Shown here piece after piece: positions 1 through 8,841 of a stretch of 59,254 nt of DNA. The notes below the pieces were generated by a model. The model was not told the DNA's origin and did no database searches. It worked only from the letters and a program-made list of their open reading frames with translations. How positions within the stretch are numbered: position 1 is the first letter of the stretch; every line of letters starts with the position of its first letter. This DNA is from a bacterium (lineage in GTDB: Bacteria; Patescibacteriota; JACMRA01). The DNA lies in assembly GCA_043778555.1 (NCBI GenBank), contig JAYWFY010000045.1, positions 1 to 59,254 of the forward strand, in the 5' to 3' direction. The translations under genes and the position numbers were made by a program.

Positions 1-98
1 AGCCGTAACCCTGAGCTCCAAAGCGAATTAGCTTGATTCTGTTTCCCAACTTTGCCAACACCGCCGCTTTTTTGGTTAGGTGGTCTGGTGTCATTTTG
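1..98. repeat. Terminal overlap, copy 1 (identical to 59157-59254)
   Basis: Hand alignment: agccgtaaccctgagctcc...ggtctggtgtcattttg occurs at both window ends. An ORF reads straight through it, so I read it as a circularisation or assembly overlap. Confidence 0.95.
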
Positions 99-874
99 GG
101 TTTGTTATACCCTTCAAAAGTGATTCCGCCTTTGGTGTATTCATTAGCTTTACACTCAAAACTAAACTCAAACCCAACTTTTTCTTTTGCCTTAAATTCA
201 AAATCTGGAATGTCAAACGATATTTTTTGACTTGCCTTAAATTCCGTTTCTTTGATTTCTTTATTTTCCAGTTTGTCTGTTTCTTTGACCACCTCAATAT
301 CATTACAATCTGGATTTCTAGGGCTTGGTGTAAAAGTCAAAAGTACATCTTCAATCTCAGTGTACCACTTGATTTTTAGCTTTTCGTTAATCATTGCTGT
401 TCCAGTCCAAAGCATAGAAAATCCTGTCAATTTGCCATTCTGGATATATTCAATAGCTAGCTTGTCAATTACTTTACTCGTTGCCTCTACTCTAGTTTGT
501 GGAATTGTAGTTGGCGTAACGGTGTTCATGTCCAGATCCTTTGGAGTGTAATCAAGCTCAATAACTGTTCCTACGATTCGGTCTGCAAATTCTGGCATTA
601 CCCACTTGTCTCCCTTACTCTCGTCAAAAGGTCGTTGGATTGGTGCAAGTGTTTGCCCTCGTATGTCTCGAAAGTAGGCGTGCTGGACATCGTTTTCAAT
701 CACTTTGTTTTTGGCTAGGTATTCCTTAAAAGCGTTTGGAGTAATTAGAATTTCATAACCTTGGTCGTCTCGTGAGTTGGTGGTTGCCGTTCCTTTGACA
801 ATCAAAAACTCCCCCTCTTGTTGGATTTGTTTTTGGTCAATTTCAAAGTTGATTGTGATTGGTTGTAGTGTCAT
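1..874 (-). CDS. Prohead protease (HK97/S78-like) fused to a DUF5872-like C-terminal domain; 5' part of a 338-aa ORF continuing at 59156..59014
   Basis: Hand translation from the ATG at 874-872 shows no stop down to base 1 (MTLQPITINFEID..DVQHAYF..LTGFSMLWTG..LLTFTPSPRNPD..FEGYNKPKMTPDH). Position between portal and scaffold fits a protease. The ORF track misses it because it runs off the window edge. Confidence 0.65.
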   Translation of the reverse strand, partial: MTLQPITINFEIDQKQIQQEGEFLIVKGTATTNSRDDQGYEILITPNAFKEYLAKNKVIENDVQHAYFRDIRGQTLAPIQRPFDESKGDKWVMPEFADRIVGTVIELDYTPKDLDMNTVTPTTIPQTRVEATSKVIDKLAIEYIQNGKLTGFSMLWTGTAMINEKLKIKWYTEIEDVLLTFTPSPRNPDCNDIEVVKETDKLENKEIKETEFKASQKISFDIPDFEFKAKEKVGFEFSFECKANEYTKGGITFEGYNKPKMTPDHLTKKAAVLAKLGNRIKLIRFGAQGYG

Positions 875-879
875 GTTAA

Positions 880-3390
880 TTAGTTTTGGGTTTCGTTATC
901 AAAAAATACTTTTATTCCGCACTTACAGTTTATTTCAGTGTTCGGGAATGGATAGCCAATAGAAAATGGTTTATTATAATCTACAATCTCGCCATAAATT
1001 GCTTGGTGGTTTAGTCTTCGCTCTTTGGAGATACTTGGTAGCCATTGTTTTTTCTTTGCTCCAAATTCTCCAGCACTAATTGCACTACCTGCTCCAAAAG
1101 CTGTGATTGCTTCGTTGCTGGCTATTAGCTCCGAACGGTTGTCAATATCCACTTCAATAGCTTGATTTATTTCAGCTTCAAAATCAGTGTTACTTGTTAG
1201 GTTTTGGTAGGCTCGGTCAATTATTTCTATCAGATTATTTCGTGTCGTGTCCAAAATTGAATTTTCAAAGCCTGGATTTCGTACATCTTTAGAATTAGGC
1301 TTGTTTTCTAGCCCTGAAAGGCTGTTTAGTCTCTGAGCGGTGTATTCGTCAAAAGAATTATTAACCGCTGTTCTATCGTCCTGTGTAAAGTCGTTTTTTC
1401 CTTGTTCTTTGGCTTGTCTCAAAACATCCTCTTTTCCGAGATTTAGATAGTACAAAAATGAGTTAGAAATTGGTAACCACGCTTTTTTGTCATCTTGAAC
1501 TAAGATATTTACATAATCAGCTATATTTTCTGAAGTGTAGTCAATCTCGTCTTCAAACCCTGCTTTTAGTTCTACATTTTTTTTGAGTGGAGATAGGTCA
1601 ATTTTGTACATCTTTTTTAGAATGCCTTTGACCTGATTTTTGAGTTCGTCTTTTTGGGTTCCAAGTAATATCTGATCGCAAAGTGAGTATTCCCTATTTT
1701 GACCTTTGACCGAATCCAAAAAGCTAAACAGTTTCTTTTTTTGTTGAACACTGAATTTTGGCAAGTCATTTTTATTAAACTTAGAGTAGCCGTTAACCTT
1801 ACTTTCTGATTCCTTTTGATCTTGATCCGTCCAAACTTCTTTTGCCGTTTCTAATAGTTTTCTTTTGCCTGTGTCTTCTTTTAGCTTTGGTTCGGTAAAG
1901 GTTAATGGCTCCACATCAACTGCAAATGGTTTTAAGTTATTGATAATTTTTACAGGTTCGGCTTGTTTTTCTAGTTTGGTTTCAACTGGATTTTCAACTA
2001 TGATTTCTTTTTGTTCTGGTGCATTTTGGTCTTTAATTTCGTCTTCTACACTTTCTCGCACCGTCTGGACCAAAGTTTCATCGTCAATCTTCTCGTCCAC
2101 ATTATCCGTCAAGCCCTCGTCTGAGTTACCTTCTTTGAGTTCTCCTTCTTTAATGACCGTCAAATTGTTTGGCATTACCCTAAAATTATCTTCTTCGGTC
2201 GTTTCCTGCTCATCAATTCTGTACCCTAGCATTTTGACCTGTTTAGCTGTCCAGATACCGTTTTTGTAGCCTTCGGTGTATCTGTTGATAATATCACTAT
2301 CGCTTTCCACCTGCATTTGTACCGCTTTTGCAGTATGTTCTGGATAGAATATAGGTAGTACCCAAGAATTGTAAAGCTCCTCAAGCTTCTTTTGCATTTG
2401 AACGATTGCAAGATCCTTTAGATTCTGTCGGTGTGTGATTTGCTCTCCTGAGCCCAACGCTCCAGTGTTCGGATTTCCAAAGAAAGTAGGCACGCCATAG
2501 ACCTGGTAGATACTGTCTTTGATATATTGTTTGTCCGCAATACTTAGTCGGTGTTCAATGCCTTGTTTGATTTGCTCTATTTTGTCCACTCCATAAACTA
2601 CGCTTGCCTTATATCTATTTTCTGATTTGACCAATTCGGATTCCATTCGTTTCAAGATTGACAATTCTTCTAAATCTAAACCATCTTTGGCAAAAATAAC
2701 CGTGCCAAAAAAACTATTATTCTCCAGAAATTTGTTGAAGTTTTGGTTGTCGAGATTGAGCGTGTTTAATTCATCGTAAAGCGTATTAAGTGGAGACAAA
2801 CCAAAATACTGCGAGCTGATATTGGCTTTTTTGAATACCTTGAACGATCCAGCATTTACTTTTTTGCTGATAACTTCGCCTGCATAAATCCACCAAAAAC
2901 TATCAATCTTAAATCTCTTGGCTTGGAACAATGAAACTTGATGAGCTGGAATATTCCTTAAATATAATTCTTTTTCTTCGTTCTCAAAGATTGTCGGCAT
3001 TGCCTGACCATAAACAAGGATATTCTGACAAAATAGCTCGTTAAAAGTATGGTAACCATCAGCCAACTTTTCTGTAAAATCCAGCTCAACTTCCTCTTTA
3101 TCTTTGTTGTAAAATTTCAAACCTAAATTGGTTGTGATTTTGGTTATAAGATCAACGCAGCTGACAACCTCGTCAAAAATCTGGTAATAATTCCAGTATG
3201 TCCAGAACTTAGGAACTTGAATTGTCGACTTTATGCTGTCATCTTCATCAACCGCTTGCCTGACTTCAAGATTAGTATTCTTTGCCGTTTTATTTTCTCC
3301 ACCAAATCTAAACCTGTCATAAAAATTTGACGGCGATACTCTGCTAATTGCTTTCGATTCAAGCTGTTTTGATTTGTTTTTTTTTGGCAT
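880..3390 (-). CDS. Portal protein fused to a MuF/SPP1-gp7-like minor head domain
   Basis: 836-aa ORF just downstream of terL. It has a portal-sized N-terminal part and an acidic low-complexity linker (EGELKEGNSDEG..DEIKDQ). The C-terminus ..ERRLNHQAIYGEIV..NTEINCKCGI resembles the Phage_Mu_F signature. Confidence 0.7.
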   Translation of the reverse strand: MPKKNKSKQLESKAISRVSPSNFYDRFRFGGENKTAKNTNLEVRQAVDEDDSIKSTIQVPKFWTYWNYYQIFDEVVSCVDLITKITTNLGLKFYNKDKEEVELDFTEKLADGYHTFNELFCQNILVYGQAMPTIFENEEKELYLRNIPAHQVSLFQAKRFKIDSFWWIYAGEVISKKVNAGSFKVFKKANISSQYFGLSPLNTLYDELNTLNLDNQNFNKFLENNSFFGTVIFAKDGLDLEELSILKRMESELVKSENRYKASVVYGVDKIEQIKQGIEHRLSIADKQYIKDSIYQVYGVPTFFGNPNTGALGSGEQITHRQNLKDLAIVQMQKKLEELYNSWVLPIFYPEHTAKAVQMQVESDSDIINRYTEGYKNGIWTAKQVKMLGYRIDEQETTEEDNFRVMPNNLTVIKEGELKEGNSDEGLTDNVDEKIDDETLVQTVRESVEDEIKDQNAPEQKEIIVENPVETKLEKQAEPVKIINNLKPFAVDVEPLTFTEPKLKEDTGKRKLLETAKEVWTDQDQKESESKVNGYSKFNKNDLPKFSVQQKKKLFSFLDSVKGQNREYSLCDQILLGTQKDELKNQVKGILKKMYKIDLSPLKKNVELKAGFEDEIDYTSENIADYVNILVQDDKKAWLPISNSFLYYLNLGKEDVLRQAKEQGKNDFTQDDRTAVNNSFDEYTAQRLNSLSGLENKPNSKDVRNPGFENSILDTTRNNLIEIIDRAYQNLTSNTDFEAEINQAIEVDIDNRSELIASNEAITAFGAGSAISAGEFGAKKKQWLPSISKERRLNHQAIYGEIVDYNKPFSIGYPFPNTEINCKCGIKVFFDNETQN

Positions 3391-3414
3391 AATCTAGCAG
3401 TCGGCTTTGTTTTA

Positions 3415-3444
3415 ATTTTACACTGTACCCCCTAAAGTTTGCAA
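3415..3444 (-). promoter_or_regulatory. Late promoter copy c (upstream of portal)
   Basis: Minus strand: TTGCAA-actttAGGGGGTACAGTG-TAAAAT, with an 18-nt spacer. Confidence 0.55.
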
Positions 3445-3924
3445 TTTCTTTAGATTAAATTTAGTATATTCTTTATCTCCAACTTTTTTAACTATAATAG
3501 TTTTAAATATTACTCTTGCCTGAAAATTATAAAAATCGTTAATAATCAAAGAAAATACTTGAATTAGCTTAGTAACATCACAACAATAATACTTGACCCC
3601 AAACTCAATATTTAGCTCGAATTGATTGGATCTCATATAATCTTTTTCTAGTTCTGATATTATTGGTAATTCAGCGATTACAAGAGCTTGATATTCTCTA
3701 TATTCCTTTTTTTGACTAAAATAGTCGTTTCTTCTGAATGCTTCATGTGAGCTAAGTGGTCTTAGGTTTATGTAGATCTCTCTAGCCAACAACGGGTTTT
3801 GCATCTCCTCAATTAACCTTTTTTTGAGTTTGGCTATTCTAGTGGTGCTTTGAGTTGGATTATTCCTTGCCTTCTTTGCCACGGGGTGCTGGGTTAAAAA
3901 TTCACTGATAGTAATTTTGTTCAT
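3418..3924 (-). CDS. Hypothetical protein between terL and portal
   Basis: 168-aa ORF tightly packed in the late operon. No motif recognised. Its 3' end overlaps a late-promoter copy. Confidence 0.55.
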   Translation of the reverse strand: MNKITISEFLTQHPVAKKARNNPTQSTTRIAKLKKRLIEEMQNPLLAREIYINLRPLSSHEAFRRNDYFSQKKEYREYQALVIAELPIISELEKDYMRSNQFELNIEFGVKYYCCDVTKLIQVFSLIINDFYNFQARVIFKTIIVKKVGDKEYTKFNLKKLQTLGGTV

Positions 3925-3936
3925 TGGATTTAATTG

Positions 3937-5187
3937 TTAATTTTGATCTGGGAATAATAGTTTAAGTTTGGCGGTTCGGTCGTTTTTAGGCTTTGTAAAG
4001 TGTTGCAGTGAATAGCGTAGGGAATCACAACAATCATCCAAAACCTTTACAGGTTCATCTTTAATACCATCTTTATTTGTTGCCCATTGGTAGTTTTCAA
4101 CTTCTTTAACTAGATTTTTTGACCCTGCTACGATTTTTAATTTGTAGTTTTGCATGGCTGTGATTCCTGCCAATACTGAACCCGCTCCTTTGTCCGCTGC
4201 CTTTGCCTTGTATCCTGCTTTGACAAGGGTTTCAATTAGTTCTGGTCTGGCTCCATCACAGATAATTGGTATAGTTTTTTCAATCTTTAGGGCATTAAGT
4301 TCAGCAACTAGCATATCGCCAGTCAAACCCCTCTTGTAGAGCATTTCTTGTCCGTAAAGTTCCTTGACTTCCTTATCAATTACCCCAGTCTTGACCATCG
4401 CTGTAGGGTGGTTAAACCCAAAATCCAAACCATAGCAAAAGTCAATGTCTGGAAATTCTGGCACGGTGTCATATTCAGGGAATATCAAGCCCTCTAGTTT
4501 TTGACCCCATTCGCCTTGAGCGTAAATTTTGTAATAATTTGGATTGGTTTTGGCAAAGTCTTCAAGCGTTTTGACATAGTTTTTGTCTAGGAATTTGTTG
4601 TCTTTGTAAGTAGTTTTCAAAATAAAATGATCATCAGGTAGCTTGTCGTGAATCTCTTTTTTGAGCCAGTGATTGACTGAGATTGGATTGTACATCAGCG
4701 TAATTTGCACTTCTTCAAAGCCTCTTAAACGGAGTGACAATTGGTCTAGCTTGTCTCGGCTCTTGATATCCGTGGCTTCTTCAATTACAATTCTGTCCGC
4801 TCCAGAGATAGATTTGACCTTTTCTGGGTCGTCCAAACCTAGAAATATAAATTCCACCTCGGTTAGTTTGTTGATTACGGACAGTGGCGAAACTGTAAAA
4901 GTAAAGTATTGCTGGATATTCCAATCGTTAATTAGTGATTTGATTTGGTTGTAGCAAGAGTTCTTGAGTGTTGAGTAATACTCACGGATTACCAGCGTTT
5001 TGCGTCCTTTGCGTCGATAATCAAAAGTCAAGGCAATTTCTTTTTGAAACTCAAAGACAGATTTTCCACTTCCAGCCGAACCCACAAGGTGCAAAAACCT
5101 TGCTTTATTCTCAAACAAAGGAATATATACTGAGTTGTACAGATCAGGATTAGAAAAATCAAAAGTTTGTTTTTGAATATTTGGCAT
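3937..5187 (-). CDS. terL: Terminase large subunit
   Basis: 416 aa with Walker A-like LVGSAGSGKS and a C-terminal nuclease-like acidic region (ICDGARPE, LDDCCDSLRY). It sits upstream of the portal gene. Confidence 0.85.
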   Translation of the reverse strand: MPNIQKQTFDFSNPDLYNSVYIPLFENKARFLHLVGSAGSGKSVFEFQKEIALTFDYRRKGRKTLVIREYYSTLKNSCYNQIKSLINDWNIQQYFTFTVSPLSVINKLTEVEFIFLGLDDPEKVKSISGADRIVIEEATDIKSRDKLDQLSLRLRGFEEVQITLMYNPISVNHWLKKEIHDKLPDDHFILKTTYKDNKFLDKNYVKTLEDFAKTNPNYYKIYAQGEWGQKLEGLIFPEYDTVPEFPDIDFCYGLDFGFNHPTAMVKTGVIDKEVKELYGQEMLYKRGLTGDMLVAELNALKIEKTIPIICDGARPELIETLVKAGYKAKAADKGAGSVLAGITAMQNYKLKIVAGSKNLVKEVENYQWATNKDGIKDEPVKVLDDCCDSLRYSLQHFTKPKNDRTAKLKLLFPDQN

Positions 5188-5192
5188 TATAT

Positions 5193-5213
5193 AATACTAT
5201 ATGTAGGGGTTAG
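5193..5213. repeat. 21-nt direct repeat, copy 1 (AATACTATATGTAGGGGTTAG)
   Basis: Identical to 5338-5358. It ends 5 nt from the terL ATG. Confidence 0.85.
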
Positions 5214-5311
5214 CTTAATTTTTTTGCAATAGCCTTGTTTTTGCTATTTTCCCAGTGTCGGGAAATTGAGTAAATTAAAAGTTTTCTCGGTGTTTTTGGA
5301 CTTTGGGAGTG

Positions 5312-5346
5312 ATTATATCATTTTAGGTCGTTGCCTAAATACTATA
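5312..5346 (-). promoter_or_regulatory. Extended -10 promoter in the terS-terL gap
   Basis: Minus strand: ..aaaaTGaTATAAT.. with a weak -35 (TTTAGG). Confidence 0.4.
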
Positions 5347-5358
5347 TGTAGGGGTTAG
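5338..5358. repeat. 21-nt direct repeat, copy 2
   Basis: Overlaps the terS stop codon. Confidence 0.85.
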
Positions 5359-5825
5359 TCATCTAACGATTCTAGCCATTGTTGTTTAGGCGTGATTAGT
5401 ACTGGTTGAACCTGAATTGGATTATCTTTATCGCCGCCGTGATTATTTGTTGATTTGCCTGTTGCAAGTCTTAGTAGGTCGTAGCCAACTTTAATCTTTG
5501 GTAAATCCTCAACTTTGAATTGAGTGTTAGATCCTAACAATTGAGCAACTTTAATTTCAATGTTTGAAAGTGATTTTGCAAGTAATTTAGCCTGTAGTTC
5601 CACATCTGGTTGTTCTAGCTTTTTCTCTTGAATCTTGTTTTGGATCTGTTCAATGTAAAGATTTTTGTCATTTCTCCAACCTTTTGTCCGTGTCTTTTTG
5701 TCGGCTCCTAAAGGCTTTGTAGGGTCAAGTTGTAAGAAAGTTATAAGAAAATTTTGGACTTCTAACACCTCACTTTCAAAGTATTTTTGTTTGATTTCTT
5801 CCCAGTTATATTTTGCGGTTGGCAT
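5355..5825 (-). CDS. Putative terminase small subunit
   Basis: 156-aa ORF immediately upstream of terL and basic in its middle. Assigned by position only. Confidence 0.4.
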   Translation of the reverse strand: MPTAKYNWEEIKQKYFESEVLEVQNFLITFLQLDPTKPLGADKKTRTKGWRNDKNLYIEQIQNKIQEKKLEQPDVELQAKLLAKSLSNIEIKVAQLLGSNTQFKVEDLPKIKVGYDLLRLATGKSTNNHGGDKDNPIQVQPVLITPKQQWLESLDD

Positions 5826-5830
5826 AAGGT

Positions 5831-7435
5831 TTAGTTTAATTTTTCTACATCAAAAGGTTCTCCGTTGAGTGTAAGTTTGTAAGGTTTGTCATTTTTGGTT
5901 AGATAGACTGTAGCTCGTTTGATTATTACTTCTACATATACAGGATCTAGCTCTAACCCAAAACATCGCCTGCCAGTTTGAATTGAGGCAATAAGTGTTG
6001 AACCTGAACCAAGAAAAAAATCAATGATTAGCCCAAACTCTGGACAACTAGATTTTATTGCTCGTTGACACAGCGGCAAAGGTTTTGGTGTGGCGTGGTT
6101 ACCTTCATCTCCTTGTTTTGCGTGTCTTTCAAAATGCCAAACATTGTTCATATTCTCGTGGGTGTTGTTAAAGTATGCTCTGGTTGAGTTATATTCTGTT
6201 TGGAGTTGATTGTATTCTTTTTTGAAAGCATCTATGTTGTTTTGTTTTGCGTATTGTTGTAGTTTTAAGTAATTTTGAGCAGCAATAAGTGTCCATTGAC
6301 TTCCTGTTGGGCTTATATGGTGAGCATACATTCCTCCTCCACTAGTTTTAAGACCAAGTGCTGTGTTAAATGAATTTGAGTTAGCTATTTGGCATTTTAC
6401 ACTTTCATTGTACAAATAATCCCTAATCGGCTCCCATCCTTCAAAATAGTTATCAGCGTTGTTATTAGATCCTTGCACTCCACTCATAACAAAAAGACAT
6501 TTTTCATCTGCTATCGCAAAACTTCTAGTATTTTCTGAATTTTGACCTTGACCATGTGCTTTGTCCCAAGTTATCAAATTTCTAAAAGTTGCTTTTTGAT
6601 CCGATACAAGTGGCTTAATAATTTGGCTATAAATGTCCATCAGTGGTTCATCAATACCCCAGCAATACCACGAACCATTGTCTTTGATATATTGCCACTG
6701 TAGGAATATCCAGTCTTTATTAAATTGTAATAGGTCTTCATAGTTCATATTGTCGCCAATGACACCATCTTTTTCTTTCTTCATACCATAGGGGGGATCG
6801 TTGTGTGCAAGGTCAGCTTTTTGTCCGTTCATTAACTTTTCTACATTGTCAACAACAGTGCAATCTCCGCACATTACACGACTTTTTAGACCATCCACTT
6901 CTAACTCAAAAATATCCCCAATTTGAACCAACTTTGCCTTTCTATCTGGAGGGGGTGTATCATTTATTTCTTCATCTGGTAATTGCTCGCTTTCTAGTTG
7001 CTCCAGCATAAAATCCAAACTTCCCATACTCACTTCTTGCAAAGCCATTTCTTGCAATTCCTCTAAATCAAAATCAAAGCTCGTAAAATCTGCCAAACTT
7101 GTCTGAGTTATCTCGCCGTGCTGTGAATTGATCAATAGTACAATCTTTTTGGCTTCCTTGATATTTTTGGCTTCAAAGAATAAAACAGGCAAATCTGGTA
7201 TCGTATAGCCTTCTTTTGCAAGTTCTGCAAGTGCTTGCCTTCTACCTGTTCCATCTGCTACATAATCTTTCCAAGCCAAAATGGGAGTGGTAAATTGTGA
7301 TTTTAGGATTGACTTTTTGAGTTTGGATACATCTCTGTTCTCGTTAGATTTCAAAGTGTTAAAATCCATTTTGACAAAATCTGTGTACGGTACAAATTCC
7401 AGTTTTTGCTTTCTGATAGATATTGTTTTTGACAT
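5831..7435 (-). CDS. ParB-like nuclease domain / DNA methyltransferase fusion
   Basis: The N-terminal part is ParB/Srx-like (..VADGTGRRQAL..). Motif IV is NDPPYG and motif I FFLGSGST lies near the C-terminus, the beta-class order of an N6A/N4C methyltransferase. Confidence 0.8.
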   Translation of the reverse strand: MSKTISIRKQKLEFVPYTDFVKMDFNTLKSNENRDVSKLKKSILKSQFTTPILAWKDYVADGTGRRQALAELAKEGYTIPDLPVLFFEAKNIKEAKKIVLLINSQHGEITQTSLADFTSFDFDLEELQEMALQEVSMGSLDFMLEQLESEQLPDEEINDTPPPDRKAKLVQIGDIFELEVDGLKSRVMCGDCTVVDNVEKLMNGQKADLAHNDPPYGMKKEKDGVIGDNMNYEDLLQFNKDWIFLQWQYIKDNGSWYCWGIDEPLMDIYSQIIKPLVSDQKATFRNLITWDKAHGQGQNSENTRSFAIADEKCLFVMSGVQGSNNNADNYFEGWEPIRDYLYNESVKCQIANSNSFNTALGLKTSGGGMYAHHISPTGSQWTLIAAQNYLKLQQYAKQNNIDAFKKEYNQLQTEYNSTRAYFNNTHENMNNVWHFERHAKQGDEGNHATPKPLPLCQRAIKSSCPEFGLIIDFFLGSGSTLIASIQTGRRCFGLELDPVYVEVIIKRATVYLTKNDKPYKLTLNGEPFDVEKLN

Positions 7436-7472
7436 AGTTATTTTTTAATTATTATTAAGTTTTTTATTCTGA

Positions 7473-8018
7473 CTAGACGAATTTATCTGCTAAACCATTT
7501 TCTATAATATCCTGCCCATAAATTCTATAATTATCATCTAGGATAACTTCGTTTAAGTTTTTAACTGTAGCGTATTTGACATACATTTTTTTTACCCATT
7601 CAAAGTGTTCTTTAAGATAGGCTGTATTTCTATCTAATTGAAGAGGTGTATAGGCAGTAAAACCAGCTGAACCATAGTGTATCAGATGCTGGGCATGTTC
7701 ACTTATATATCGATTGCCTTTTGTACCTGACATTGCCAGTATTGACCCCGCTGAATAAGCGTTTGAATGCACTATAGTTTTCACAACTATATTTAATGTT
7801 TTTGCTTTTTCAATTTCAGTTAATAGAATTTTTAGCATATCTGTTTGACCTCCGTCTGAATTAATAATAAAAGTTATTTTAGGATCTGTTTTTTTGCTTT
7901 CGGTTTCAATAAGCCTTCTTAATTCTGACAAAATATCTACAATTGAACTGTCAAAAGCACCACAAATATATATTTCGTTATTTTGTATAAAGTTTTTAGG
8001 ATTTTTATTTTCTGTCAT
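7473..8018 (-). CDS. ClpP/S14-like serine protease homologue
   Basis: 181 aa with FIINSDGGQ, SNAYSAGSILAMSG (candidate Ser) and QHLIHYG (candidate His), a ClpP-family pattern. Confidence 0.65.
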   Translation of the reverse strand: MTENKNPKNFIQNNEIYICGAFDSSIVDILSELRRLIETESKKTDPKITFIINSDGGQTDMLKILLTEIEKAKTLNIVVKTIVHSNAYSAGSILAMSGTKGNRYISEHAQHLIHYGSAGFTAYTPLQLDRNTAYLKEHFEWVKKMYVKYATVKNLNEVILDDNYRIYGQDIIENGLADKFV

Positions 8019-8020
8019 AA

Positions 8021-8347
8021 TTACTTTTCGCTTTTAATACCTTTAATCCTATCTTTAAACCCTTTGCCAAACTGTGTTTTTACAGCATTATATGCTGGTA
8101 TAGTCATTGGTTTTTTTGTGGCAGGATTATACCCTTGTCGTTGTTTTCTCAGCCTTTTTTCAAAAGTACAAAAGTTGATGAGGTGGACTGTATTGCCCAG
8201 CGTTACTTGATAGACAATTTCACCTAGTAAAGTTTTAATAAATCCTTTGACTGTGTGTTGAGTTATCGCTTGCGACTGAGTATTATCTGGATTTTTTGTA
8301 GCTATTATGGCTGCAATATCTTCTATTGTTTTTTGGTTGAGATTCAT
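8021..8347 (-). CDS. HU/IHF-family DNA-binding protein
   Basis: 108 aa. ..GNTVHLINFCTFEKRLRKQRQGYNPATKKPMTIPAYNAVKTQFGKGFKD matches the HU beta-arm pattern (R.GRNP.T....I.A..V..F..G..lK). Confidence 0.75.
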   Translation of the reverse strand: MNLNQKTIEDIAAIIATKNPDNTQSQAITQHTVKGFIKTLLGEIVYQVTLGNTVHLINFCTFEKRLRKQRQGYNPATKKPMTIPAYNAVKTQFGKGFKDRIKGIKSEK

Positions 8348-8553
8348 GTGAAAATTTTAATTTAAGATTATTAAAGTTGTGATATATAGTATTGGTGTAA
8401 TTACCCAAAAAGCAATAATCGCTCCTGCAAGGTGGTTGATTGTCATAGGCTTGATGAATGGATTTCGTGCATAATTTTAATTAATTGTTTTTATTAGTTC
8501 ATTGTTTTAAGGTCGTTGTAGATTTGTTCGTTCATAATAGTTAAAAATAAAGT

Positions 8554-8829
8554 TTAAAATTCTAGCTCACTTGAGCCTTTTTCTTCTTTAAAATGATTGA
8601 GATTTAATCCACAAAACTCATTGATTTCACTATACGAAAATTCAACCTCAAAAGATTCTGATTCTTTCCAGGCAGGCTTGTTGACTTGGGTTAATCTCCA
8701 CCAGCCGTTTTTTAATTCTGTAAAGTAGTCACTTGGTCTAAGCTTTATAGGCTCACTGAGATTAGTGCCAAATACACCTTTGTAGTCTATCTTGCAGCGT
8801 TGGGTGATTGTGATTGTGTGTGGTTGCAT
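8554..8829 (-). CDS. Hypothetical early protein
   Basis: 91-aa ORF in the co-directional early operon. No motif recognised. Confidence 0.55.
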   Translation of the reverse strand: MQPHTITITQRCKIDYKGVFGTNLSEPIKLRPSDYFTELKNGWWRLTQVNKPAWKESESFEVEFSYSEINEFCGLNLNHFKEEKGSSELEF

Positions 8830-8841
8830 TTGATTGATAGG

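Noticed and set aside
1-98. The 98-nt terminal repeat as a biological DTR, LTR or att duplication
   Set aside because: A single ORF reads through the repeat in frame, and the repeat ends exactly at the window edges. An assembly or circularisation overlap is the simpler explanation. Real termini cannot be inferred from this.
33-962. Five plus-strand ORFs (33..230, 80..379, 252..551, 497..718, 777..962) and the minus-strand ORF 91..303
   Set aside because: They start at TTG or other alternative codons and give low-complexity products. They lie antisense to, or out of frame with, the continuous 338-aa minus-strand protease ORF, so they are shadow ORFs.
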